The translations under genes were made by a program, and so were the position numbers. From Candidatus Nomurabacteria bacterium (GTDB lineage: Bacteria > Patescibacteriota > Saccharimonadia > Saccharimonadales > HK-STAS-PATE-42): a DNA stretch of 64,000 bases. The DNA lies in the NCBI GenBank assembly GCA_023898665.1, contig CP060233.1, forward strand, positions 210,801 through 274,800, in the 5' to 3' direction. The notes beneath the pieces are model-generated. The model searched no databases. It had not been told where the DNA came from and saw only the letters and a program-made list of their open reading frames with translations. Below, one piece after another: positions 26,198 to 35,123 of the stretch (positions within the stretch are counted from its first letter, which is position 1; every line of letters begins with the position of its first letter).

Positions 26198-26236
26198 AAA
26201 TTTACTAAGCTTTACCGAATTTCTTACAGTTGAGGT

Positions 26237-26581
26237 TTATTTATCAAGGTCCTGGACTAGCTTAGAAAAGGCTTTTTCGTCTGCTACAGCTATATCAGCT
26301 AGAACTTTCCTGTCTAAGCTAATATTTTTTACTTTAAGTTTTCCTATGAAACTTGAGTACTTTGTGCCATTAGCTTGGCACGCATTAGAGATACGAGTGA
26401 TCCATAGTTTACGGAAGTCACGTTTACGGTTCCTCCTATCTCGGTAAGAGTACTGGAGTGATCTATTAACAGCTTGCTTAGCAAGTTTATATGAACGAGT
26501 TCTATTACGCTGCATGCCTTTAGCTTGCTTTAGAATTTTCTTGTGCTTTCTGTGCTTGTTGATACCTTTTTTAACTCTCAT
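26237..26581 (-). CDS. rplT: 50S ribosomal protein L20
   Basis: MRVKKG...[33 protein letters not shown]-like sequence. Confidence 0.95.
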   Translation of the reverse strand: [114 protein letters not shown]

Positions 26582-26618
26582 AATCTTTTTTTAGTATTTA
26601 AAATTGTTGTTCTAGCAA

Positions 26619-26813
26619 CTACATTCCAAGGGAACGTTTAACACTTTTTTGCTTTGTAGAGTGGACTTCATTTCTTTTACGATTATCTCGTTTACGGCCC
26701 TCACTTTTCTTTTCCATGAAGTGATTCATGAACCCACGACGACGCATAAGCTTACCAGAGCCAGTTACTTTTACTCTTTTAGCAGTAGATTTGTGTGTCT
26801 TAATCTTTGGCAT
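26619..26813 (-). CDS. rpmI: 50S ribosomal protein L35
   Basis: [26 protein letters not shown] is the typical L35 sequence. Confidence 0.9.
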   Translation of the reverse strand: MPKIKTHKSTAKRVKVTGSGKLMRRRGFMNHFMEKKSEGRKRDNRKRNEVHSTKQKSVKRSLGM

Positions 26814-26834
26814 TTTAATTTAATCTAAATTTAA

Positions 26835-27371
26835 TTAGTTTTTGTGTCGATAGATGATACTGATATTACGACCATTAAGCTTAGCTGGCTGATCGATATC
26901 GGCCCATTCACTTATTGTACCACTGATTTCTTCTAATCGCAAGAAACCTAAGTCTTGATGGGCATTCTCTCTTCCTTTTAGCATCATAGTTACTCTAACT
27001 TTGTGTCCCTCTTCTAAAAAGACCTTCATTTTTTTAAGTTTTGTATCAAGATCATGCTGCCCAATTTTAAGTGAAATCCTTACCTGTTTTACTTCCGTAA
27101 CATGAGCTGTTTTTTTAGCAGCGCGATCTTTTCTTTCTTGCTGGTATTTAAATTTGCCAAATTCCATGATACGAGCTACGGCAGGGTCGGAGTTAGCCGA
27201 TATCTCTATAAGGTCTTTTCCCTGTTCCTCAGCTATTTTTAGAGCTTCTTGTTTGCTCATGATACCAAGGAGGTCTCCTTCTTCGGAGATGACACGAAGA
27301 GTCTCTGCTCGGATTTGATGATTACGGTTGATTCTCGCCTTAGGGGCTGCGTTTCTACTTCTTCTTCTCAA
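26835..27371 (-). CDS. infC: translation initiation factor IF-3
   Basis: INRNHQIRAETLRVI, IF-3 N and C domains, and a non-ATG (TTG) start, consistent with infC autoregulation. Confidence 0.9.
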   Translation of the reverse strand: MRRRSRNAAPKARINRNHQIRAETLRVISEEGDLLGIMSKQEALKIAEEQGKDLIEISANSDPAVARIMEFGKFKYQQERKDRAAKKTAHVTEVKQVRISLKIGQHDLDTKLKKMKVFLEEGHKVRVTMMLKGRENAHQDLGFLRLEEISGTISEWADIDQPAKLNGRNISIIYRHKN

Positions 27372-27414
27372 GTTTTAAATTATTACTAGTTTTAAACTGT
27401 TCTTTATAGAGAAT

Positions 27415-27423
27415 ATTATAACA
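27415..27423 (-). promoter_or_regulatory. extended -10 promoter TGtTATAAT for infC-rpmI-rplT
   Basis: The reverse complement of ATTATAACA lies 44 nt upstream of the infC start. Confidence 0.4.
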
Positions 27424-27450
27424 TAAGGTTAAATCAAAGTGTTATTAGTA

Positions 27451-28956
27451 TTATTTATATCGATATTGGAGAGCTTCGACTATATATTCTGTTTTAATGT
27501 TATCGGATCCAGCTAAGTCAGCAATAGTTCTAGCAACTTTAATTGTTTTCATATAACCTCTGGCAGAAAGTTGGAGTTTTTTAGCTGATGAGTCTAAAAA
27601 TAACTTAGCTTCAGGATTTAGCTTAGCCAAGGTCTTTATTTGGGTATTCGTCATGCGAGAATTACTCATAGAAAGGTCTTTAAAGCGCCTGTGTTGGGTT
27701 TTTCTAGCCATGATGACACGCTTTCTAATGTTGGCACTTTTTTCACCGCTAGGGGCGTCTTTTAAGAGTAAGTTATGTTTAACTTTCTGGACTGTTAATA
27801 CCATGTCTATACGATCAAGAAGGGGTCCAGATAGCTTTTTGCTATAGGCGAGAGCTTGAAGGTGAGAGCATGTGCATTCTTTGTCTTCGTCGAGCGCATA
27901 ACCGCATGGGCAAGGATTTTGAGTAGCGATTAACATGAAATCGGCAGGATAGGAAGAGTTTTGATTGGCCCGAGAGATATTAATAACTTTATCTTCAAGG
28001 GGTTGTCTTAGTGCTTCTAGGGTGACTCTAGGGAATTCTGGAATTTCGTCTAAAAATAACACTCCCTTGTGGCTTAAACTTATTTCTCCAGGCTTAGGGA
28101 TTTTACCTCCTCCGATTAGAGCTGCAGAACTGGACGTGTGGTGTGGAGACCTAAAAGGTCTGTTAGTTATAACCCCTTTTGTTTCTCCTGATAAACTATG
28201 GATTTTAGTTATTTCAATTATTTCTTCCTCGCTTGGGGGAGGTAAAATTGAAAGTAGGGCTCTGGCCATCATAGTTTTTCCAGCTCCGGGTGAACCGTTA
28301 AGCAAAACATTATGATGCCCTGCTGCGGCAATTTCTAAAGCTCTTTTTGCTTGGGCTTGACCTTGTATCTCGGCGTAATCTATTGGATTGTCATCTTTAA
28401 AGTTAATAATTGAAGGCTTCTTGATCTCTATAACTGGAGCTGTTCCGTTTTTAATTACTTCGACGACATCTTGTAGTTTAGAACAGGGAATAACATTAAT
28501 TCCACTGACTAGCCATGCTTGAGAGCTATTTTCACTAGGGATAAAAATGTTTTGTAGCTTATTCTTCTTAGCAACTTCTATGTGGGAGATTATGCCTTTG
28601 ACGGGTCTAATAGAACCATCAAGGGAGAGCTCACCAATGAAAGAGCTACTTTTTACTAAGTCGTTATTTGGAACTTCTCCCGAACTGACTAAAATAGAAA
28701 GAGCCATAGGTAAGTCATAGCTGGTTCCATCTTTAGGTAGATCTGCTGGTGCGAGGTTTAAAGTGGCCTTTTTGGTGGGCATCTTCAGGGCGGAGTTTTT
28801 AATTGCGCTTCGGATACGCTCTCTGGACTCATCAATAGCTTTTGCCCCGAGACCAACTATTGTTATCCCTGGTAAGCTGTTAATTAGGTCACATTCTACA
28901 AGGATTTTTTCTCCTTGATAGCCGATATTTGTAGAAGAATAGATAGTTGCGATCAT
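27451..28956 (-). CDS. comM: YifB/ComM family Mg-chelatase-like AAA+ ATPase
   Basis: Lon-protease-like N-domain, Walker A GSPGAGKT, FLDEIPEF, and a C-terminal Mg-chelatase helical domain. Confidence 0.9.
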   Translation of the reverse strand: MIATIYSSTNIGYQGEKILVECDLINSLPGITIVGLGAKAIDESRERIRSAIKNSALKMPTKKATLNLAPADLPKDGTSYDLPMALSILVSSGEVPNNDLVKSSSFIGELSLDGSIRPVKGIISHIEVAKKNKLQNIFIPSENSSQAWLVSGINVIPCSKLQDVVEVIKNGTAPVIEIKKPSIINFKDDNPIDYAEIQGQAQAKRALEIAAAGHHNVLLNGSPGAGKTMMARALLSILPPPSEEEIIEITKIHSLSGETKGVITNRPFRSPHHTSSSAALIGGGKIPKPGEISLSHKGVLFLDEIPEFPRVTLEALRQPLEDKVINISRANQNSSYPADFMLIATQNPCPCGYALDEDKECTCSHLQALAYSKKLSGPLLDRIDMVLTVQKVKHNLLLKDAPSGEKSANIRKRVIMARKTQHRRFKDLSMSNSRMTNTQIKTLAKLNPEAKLFLDSSAKKLQLSARGYMKTIKVARTIADLAGSDNIKTEYIVEALQYRYK

Positions 28957-29036
28957 ATTTATAAGGGATTAAGGATTGGTATTAAAGGAAATTCGGAAAA
29001 GATCGAATCTAAGTTTTATTCTAGATTTAAGAGCAA

Positions 29037-29143
29037 GAAAAAAGCAATGACTTTGCGAGTTGCCATTGCTTTTTAAGTTTTAGAGAAGGAGTAGTGTTTT
29101 TGGTTCTTTTTATTTTTGAGCACTAATTTTGTTCAAGTGCTAC
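29037..29143 (-). ncRNA. candidate small RNA (promoter-to-terminator unit)
   Basis: On the minus strand, TTGACT (29178-29173), a 17-nt spacer and TATTAT (29155-29150). Then a 5' hairpin, a single-stranded CUCCUUCUC, and a terminator hairpin GCAATG...CATTGC followed by a U-run. Confidence 0.35.
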
Positions 29144-29882
29144 TTATAGATAATAGAGCTTAAGTTTGGCGAAGTCAACAATTATTTTGATTTTTGTACA
29201 AATAATTTATCCACAGGTATTCAACAGGGGAGAGTTAATCGTAGATCTATGTATAGGGTCTGCTGTAGGGGCTTGAAATTGATAAACGCTTATGCTAGTA
29301 TTTTATTTAAGAGATTGCAAAAGACAAAACAAAAACAACAAAAATATAAAGTCAAAAATCTCCAAAAAGTAACACCCAAAGTGGCCCTAAAGGCTGCGGA
29401 GGGTGATCGGTTAAAAGGTAATTCTGGGTGGGCAAGCGCTATTTATTTTTTACTTGAGCGTTAATTGTTACTCAGAATTCCTCCTAGATTCTTTAAAGAT
29501 AGAAATTAAGTATTTCTAACTTTTGTACATAAAGTTAATAAAAAAATAAAACACTAAAATGTCTTTAGTTTTTAAAAGTGTGTGTAAGTTTGAGACTAAA
29601 GATATTTTAAAAAAGTTATAAAAGCCTAAAGATCTTATTGTTTGAGATGTTTAGGCTTTTATAATTTATTTCGAGAATAATTAGTTAAGAATATTACCTA
29701 ATGCTGGTTAATGCTTGATGACTGATTATATTTAATGAGTTCTCTGGATTTATCTGTGGGGTAGAGGTATAATGCTTTGTATAAGTTTGTTAAACAAAAA
29801 AGATCTATATAACAGTGGTAGGGATGTTATAAACTTATTAAAAATGAGCTCTATAATATAAGAGACAGGGTGGAGAATAAAT

Positions 29883-30374
29883 ATGAATCCTCAATTACCT
29901 AAAGTAGAAGTCGGACCCATCGAAGGTGATGTTCAGGGCGAAATTAATAAAGCTTATAAGGAAGCCCCAACAGGGGAGGTTAATCCTCAAAGAGACCCAT
30001 CAGAGTTGCTACGTGCTGGGGGGTCAGTCGGAGTTGAGGCGGGGTTAACTAATTTTGAAGCCGTTAGTGATGGTAAGACTACGGATGATAATTCATCTGA
30101 TGATAACAGCGTTGATGATGTTGATGATGGTACTAGTCCCGTGGCGCCAGCTATAGCTAAGCCAGCTATAGGCAGTGCTGTGGTAGCCCAAACTCCAGCG
30201 GTAGCCGATGACAAAGATGATATAGAAAAAGAGTGGATTAGCAAAGCAAAACGCATTGTTGAACAAACCAAATTTGACCCATATTTACAGGAAAGGGCGG
30301 TCTCAAGACTCCAGGCTGACTATATGAAGAAGAGATTTAATAAAGATATCAAGTTACCCGAAGGAGACGGATAA
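29883..30374 (+). CDS. hypothetical acidic low-complexity protein
   Basis: GGAG RBS. Asp/Ser-rich centre and a conserved-looking helical C-terminus. Ends 9 nt before the next gene. Confidence 0.5.
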   Translation: MNPQLPKVEVGPIEGDVQGEINKAYKEAPTGEVNPQRDPSELLRAGGSVGVEAGLTNFEAVSDGKTTDDNSSDDNSVDDVDDGTSPVAPAIAKPAIGSAVVAQTPAVADDKDDIEKEWISKAKRIVEQTKFDPYLQERAVSRLQADYMKKRFNKDIKLPEGDG

Positions 30375-30383
30375 CCACTGTAA

Positions 30384-33044
30384 ATGTTGTTTATATTAAC
30401 TGTATTTCTATTAGTATTACTCATCTTAGCTTTAGTGGGTTTGGCAATTTTTATTGGTTATAGAAACACAAGCCGAGAGTTTAAAAACTATGAACGTGGT
30501 TTGAAGATGGTTTCTTTAATGATCCACTTACCACCATCCAGTGAAGATATCGAAGGGGGAGGAAGAGACAAGAGAGATGTTGTGGAGGAAACAATAGCAC
30601 CAGCGGAAGTGATGTACAATATACTCGCTAGTACAACCTCTAAAGGTTTTAAAGCAAATTTTTATGGTCAAAAACATGTCGGATTTGAGATCATAGCTGT
30701 TAATAATACTATTAACTATTATGTTGCTGCTCCTGTTTCTTTAATTGATGTTATAACTCAAGCAGTGACTAGTGCTTATCCATCTGCGAGAATAGAAGAA
30801 GTTGAAGAACATAACTTGTTCAATGCGGTAGGTAAGATTGGGGGAACAATAGGAGGAGAGATACATCTGGCTAAGGAGTTCGCTTACCCAATAGCTACTT
30901 TCCAGGAAACTAAAAGAGATACAATGCAGTCACTTCTTAACTCTCTAATATCTCTTAATAAGCAAGACGGTGTGGGATTACAAATATTAGTAAGGCCTGC
31001 TAATGAAAACTGGGCTAAAACCGCAAAAGGTGTTGCTAGCAGAAAAAAGAAGGGTGAAAAAAGTAAAAAAGGACTTTCAGTCGCGAACATTCCGGTTAAA
31101 CAAGTTGTTCAGGCTCCTTGGAAGGTGCCGGATTGGGGAGATAAAAAAGATGACAAGCCAAAAGACCTTTCTGGAACAGAGCAAGCTATTGTAGATGCTA
31201 TTGAGAATAAAACCCAGTACCCTGGGTTTGAAGTCTTAATGAGAATCGTTGTAAGCTCTAACACATCTGCTAGGGCTCAATCTATACTAAATAATCTAAC
31301 TGCAACTCTTGCTTTATATAACGCGGAAGGTAGAAATGGCTTAAAGTTCAGTGCTGCTAAAGATATTGAGAAATTTATCACTGCTTTTATATTTAGATTC
31401 TTCCCTCAGGAAATGAACAAAGATGTTTTAAATAGTATTGAGTTGGCCACAATATTCCATCTGCCTGATCAAAAAAATACTCCAACTTCACAACTTCAGA
31501 GGCAGGCCTCTAAACAAGTGGATGGTCCTTCTAATATGCCAACTGAAGGCCAGCTGATGGGATTCAACTTATACAGGGGTATTAAGAAAGAGGTCAGAAT
31601 TACAGCAGAAGATAGACTGCGTCACATGTATATAGTTGGTCAGACAGGTACGGGTAAATCGACACTTCTTAAGAACTTAATGCTCCAAGACATGCTTGAT
31701 GGTAAAGGATTTGCTTATTTGGATCCTCATGGTCAGGACATTGAAGACATTATGGGCATGGTCCCAAAGAACAGGGTAGATGATGTAGTTTACTTCTCTC
31801 CTAATGAGCTTGATAATCCAGTTGGGCTCAACTTATTTGAATTCCCTCCTGAGCATCCTGAGCAGAAAGACTTCTTAATTCAAGAAGCTATTAGTATGCT
31901 TTATGAACTCTATGATCCAAACCGTCAGGGTATGATGGGGGCACGCTTTGAGCAGCTATTCAGAAATGCAGCTTTAACTGCTATGGCTGATCCTCAGGGA
32001 GGAACTATTATTGATCTACCGAAGCTATTTGTAGATAAAGACTATTTAGAGAGTAAATTGAAGTATGTAACAGCCCCAGATATTCTGGAATTCTGGCGAA
32101 AGGAGATGCCAGCATCTGCTAAATCTAGTGATCATGGTGAGCTTATTTCGTGGTTTGCCAGTAAGATTGGGGCCTTTAGAACTAATGAGATGATGAGGAA
32201 CATCGTCGGGCAGGTTCATAGCGGAATTAAAATTCGTGAGGCGATGGATGAAGGTAAACTAGTCTTTATTAATCTTAATAAGGGTAAGACTGGAGATATT
32301 AATGCAAAACTTTTAGGTATGATCTTCTTAACTAAGTTCACTGCAGCAGCAATGAGTAGAAACACTCAAGATAAAGAAAATCTGAGGCCATTTACGTTGT
32401 ATGTAGATGAGTTCCAAAACTTCTTAACTGACTCTGTTAAGACAATTTTATCCGAGGCAAGAAAGTATAAGTTAAGTATTGTTATGGCTAACCAATATGT
32501 TGGTCAGTTAACTGAGGAGATTAAGAATGCTGTATTTGGTAACGTTGGATCTTTAATATCACTTAGAACAGGTCCTGAAGATGCTGATACGTTAGTAAAG
32601 CAGTTTGAGCCAGTATTTTCAGCAGATGATCTTATTAAGATGCCAAACTTGAATGGAGCAGTAAAAATGCTTGTAGGTGGCGTGCCCTCTAATCCATTTA
32701 CGATGTTTATACCATTCCCAGAGAAGAAGTCTAATCCGCAAATAGCTACGGCTTTAAAGAGACTGTCTGCCTCTAAATATTCAAGACCAAAAGCAGAGAT
32801 CGAGAAAGAGATTTATGAAAGAATGAAAGATAAGGAGACTTTAAGTCCTACAGCAAGCGCACAGGCCGATATAAGCACAATGAAGCCAAAATCCTTCTTA
32901 GATGACTTCTTAGCAAAAAAAGGTACAGGTGGTGGCCCTAAAGAAGCGAGAACAGTGCAGCCAACCCAATATCCACAGCAACCAGTTCAAACTTCTGTAC
33001 AGCCAGCTCAATCGACTGATAGTGGTGAATTCTCGGTTAGGTAA
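30384..33044 (+). CDS. membrane-anchored TraD/VirD4/HerA-like P-loop ATPase (type IV coupling-protein-like)
   Basis: N-terminal TM helix, an uncharacterised domain of about 380 aa, Walker A GQTGTGKST, Walker B LYVDEFQNF, and a Pro/Gln-rich tail. Confidence 0.65.
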   Translation: MLFILTVFLLVLLILALVGLAIFIGYRNTSREFKNYERGLKMVSLMIHLPPSSEDIEGGGRDKRDVVEETIAPAEVMYNILASTTSKGFKANFYGQKHVGFEIIAVNNTINYYVAAPVSLIDVITQAVTSAYPSARIEEVEEHNLFNAVGKIGGTIGGEIHLAKEFAYPIATFQETKRDTMQSLLNSLISLNKQDGVGLQILVRPANENWAKTAKGVASRKKKGEKSKKGLSVANIPVKQVVQAPWKVPDWGDKKDDKPKDLSGTEQAIVDAIENKTQYPGFEVLMRIVVSSNTSARAQSILNNLTATLALYNAEGRNGLKFSAAKDIEKFITAFIFRFFPQEMNKDVLNSIELATIFHLPDQKNTPTSQLQRQASKQVDGPSNMPTEGQLMGFNLYRGIKKEVRITAEDRLRHMYIVGQTGTGKSTLLKNLMLQDMLDGKGFAYLDPHGQDIEDIMGMVPKNRVDDVVYFSPNELDNPVGLNLFEFPPEHPEQKDFLIQEAISMLYELYDPNRQGMMGARFEQLFRNAALTAMADPQGGTIIDLPKLFVDKDYLESKLKYVTAPDILEFWRKEMPASAKSSDHGELISWFASKIGAFRTNEMMRNIVGQVHSGIKIREAMDEGKLVFINLNKGKTGDINAKLLGMIFLTKFTAAAMSRNTQDKENLRPFTLYVDEFQNFLTDSVKTILSEARKYKLSIVMANQYVGQLTEEIKNAVFGNVGSLISLRTGPEDADTLVKQFEPVFSADDLIKMPNLNGAVKMLVGGVPSNPFTMFIPFPEKKSNPQIATALKRLSASKYSRPKAEIEKEIYERMKDKETLSPTASAQADISTMKPKSFLDDFLAKKGTGGGPKEARTVQPTQYPQQPVQTSVQPAQSTDSGEFSVR

Positions 33045-33080
33045 AATAGACAATAAGCTACAGCTTGAAACTATAATTTG

Positions 33081-33089
33081 TGCTATAAT
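33081..33089 (+). promoter_or_regulatory. extended -10 promoter TGcTATAAT for gyrB
   Basis: TGCTATAAT lies 69 nt upstream of the gyrB ATG. Confidence 0.4.
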
Positions 33090-33157
33090 TAAGCGTAAGT
33101 AGTAACAGTGATTTTACTTTTGGAGGGCATGGGAATATCAAATTCCCTGTAACAAAT

Positions 33158-35110
33158 ATGGCTAAAGGCGATTATGATTCGAGTCAGATTCAAGTTCTTG
33201 AGGGCTTAGATCCGGTTCGTAAGCGTCCGGGAATGTACATTGGTAGTACCGGTTATGACGGTGTCCATCATCTGATTAAAGAAATTGCCGATAACTGTAT
33301 TGATGAGGCTATCGCTGGTTATGGGACTAAGGTTCTAATAACAATTCTAGCCGATGGTGGAATCAGAGTTGAGGATGATGGTCGAGGTATACCAACTGAT
33401 AAGCACGAGAAAACTGGCAAGAGTGCTCTTGAAACAGTACTAACAGTTCTTCACGCTGGAGGTAAGTTCGGCGATGGTGGCTATAAGATTTCATCTGGTC
33501 TTCACGGTGTAGGATCTTCTGTAGTAAACGCTCTTTCAACTAAACTTGTTGCCGAGGTTAAAAGAGACGGTAAATTACACCGAATGGAGTTCGCGACTGG
33601 TATACCTCAGGGAGAAATGAAAGTTGTTGGAAAAGCTGAGGGCACAGGTACAACAATTACTTTCTGGCCAGACTTTTCTATTTTCGAGAAAATCAACTGG
33701 GACTATGATTGGGTAGTTAATTACATTAGACATCAGGCTTATCTAACTAAAGGTTTATACGCAGAAGTAAAAGATGAGCGCACTCAAGCTGGCAGAGCTT
33801 TCTATTTTGAAGGGGGAATTAGCTCTTATGTTAGACACTTAAACTTTGGTAAGGAGTTGGTCCAAGAAGATATTTTCTATGTTCAAAAGAAGGTCGAAGA
33901 TGTTGAGGTTGAAGTCGCAGTGCAGTATACAGATGCTTACACTGAGCAAGTACTTTCATTTGCCAACAACGTCCCTAACCCTGAAGGTGGAACTCATCTA
34001 ACTGGCTTTAGGACCGCTTTAACAAGAGTAGTTAATGATTATGCCCGCAAGAATAGTTTACTAAAAGAAAAAGAGGAGAACTTAAGTGGAGAGGATGTCC
34101 GTGAGGGTCTAACCGCTATTATCTTAGTAAAGATTCCTGACCCACAGTTCGAAGGACAAACTAAGAATAAGCTTGGTAACCCAGAGGTGAGGGGTTATGT
34201 TGAACAAGTTTTTGCAGAATACTTCTCTTATTATCTAGAGGAGAATCCAAATTCTGCTAAAAAGATTATCGGTAAATCTTTGCTTGCGGCTAGGGCGCGC
34301 AAAGCAGCACGTGCGGCTCGGGATAATATCATCCGTAAGGGAGTTCTTGATGGTGCCTCAATGCCAGGTAAATTAGCTGACTGCTCTACCAAGGATAGAA
34401 CAAAGGCAGAGCTGTTTATAGTAGAGGGTAACTCTGCGGCAGGATCTGCTAAAGACGGCCGTAACAGTGACCACCAGGCTATTCTTGCCCTAAGAGGTAA
34501 GGTATTAAATGTTGAGAGAGCTAGAATGGACAAAATGCTGGCCAATAAAGAGATTGTTGATCTTATTAAAGCTATTGGAACCGGTCTCGGGGAGCAATTT
34601 GATTTAGCCGGCTTAAGATACGACAAAATCATTATCATGACGGATGCAGATGTTGATGGAGCCCACATTTCCACACTTCTTTTAACTTTATTCTTCAGAC
34701 ACTTTAGAGAATTAGTTGATAATGGGCATATTTATATTGCTCAACCACCACTTTACGGCTTAAGAAAGGGTAAGAAATTGAATTATTTATTCACTGATGA
34801 AGAAAAAGACGCTATGATTGAGGACTTGATTAAAGAGAGAAAGTCTAAGGGTGCTGAGATTGATCCTAATCAAGATAAGATTAAGCAAGCTGGAGTAGAA
34901 GTCAACAGGTATAAGGGTCTAGGAGAAATGGATGCTGATCAACTTTTTGACACTACTATGGACCCTGAAAAAAGAGTATTATTAAAAGTTTCTATTGACG
35001 ATGCTGAAAGAGCAGATGCTGTATTTAGCAAATTAATGGGTGATGAAGTTGATATGAGAAAGAAGTTTATTGAATCTCAGGCTAAGTTTGTTAAGGATCT
35101 AGATATTTAG
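33158..35110 (+). CDS. gyrB: DNA gyrase subunit B
   Basis: GVHHLIKEIADNCIDEA, GLHGVGSSVVNALS, EGNSAAGSAK (Toprim) and PLYG motifs. Confidence 0.97.
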   Translation: MAKGDYDSSQIQVLEGLDPVRKRPGMYIGSTGYDGVHHLIKEIADNCIDEAIAGYGTKVLITILADGGIRVEDDGRGIPTDKHEKTGKSALETVLTVLHAGGKFGDGGYKISSGLHGVGSSVVNALSTKLVAEVKRDGKLHRMEFATGIPQGEMKVVGKAEGTGTTITFWPDFSIFEKINWDYDWVVNYIRHQAYLTKGLYAEVKDERTQAGRAFYFEGGISSYVRHLNFGKELVQEDIFYVQKKVEDVEVEVAVQYTDAYTEQVLSFANNVPNPEGGTHLTGFRTALTRVVNDYARKNSLLKEKEENLSGEDVREGLTAIILVKIPDPQFEGQTKNKLGNPEVRGYVEQVFAEYFSYYLEENPNSAKKIIGKSLLAARARKAARAARDNIIRKGVLDGASMPGKLADCSTKDRTKAELFIVEGNSAAGSAKDGRNSDHQAILALRGKVLNVERARMDKMLANKEIVDLIKAIGTGLGEQFDLAGLRYDKIIIMTDADVDGAHISTLLLTLFFRHFRELVDNGHIYIAQPPLYGLRKGKKLNYLFTDEEKDAMIEDLIKERKSKGAEIDPNQDKIKQAGVEVNRYKGLGEMDADQLFDTTMDPEKRVLLKVSIDDAERADAVFSKLMGDEVDMRKKFIESQAKFVKDLDI

Positions 35111-35123
35111 GAGTTATTAGCTT

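Noticed and set aside
29207-29215. Chromosomal replication origin hypothesis for the long AT-rich region (perfect DnaA box TTATCCACA, gyrB/gyrA nearby, divergent flanking genes)
   Set aside because: Only one consensus DnaA box was found, there is no dnaA or dnaN gene in the window, and gene orientation elsewhere in the window shows no clean switch. Whole-genome GC skew is needed.
29249-29464. 71-aa plus-strand ORF
   Set aside because: It is Lys/Gln-rich low-complexity sequence generated by an A-rich tract, it has no RBS, and it lies in the non-coding region.
29260-29470. Possible tmRNA, SRP RNA or 6S RNA in the GC-rich island (starts near GGGGC and has an A-rich stretch)
   Set aside because: There is no tRNA-like T-arm or CCA 3' end, no SRP GGAA/AGCA helix-8 motif, and no 6S-type long bulged hairpin.
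34231-34674. 147-aa minus-strand ORF
   Set aside because: It is antisense to gyrB and Ala/Ser/Leu/Arg-rich, so it is a shadow ORF.
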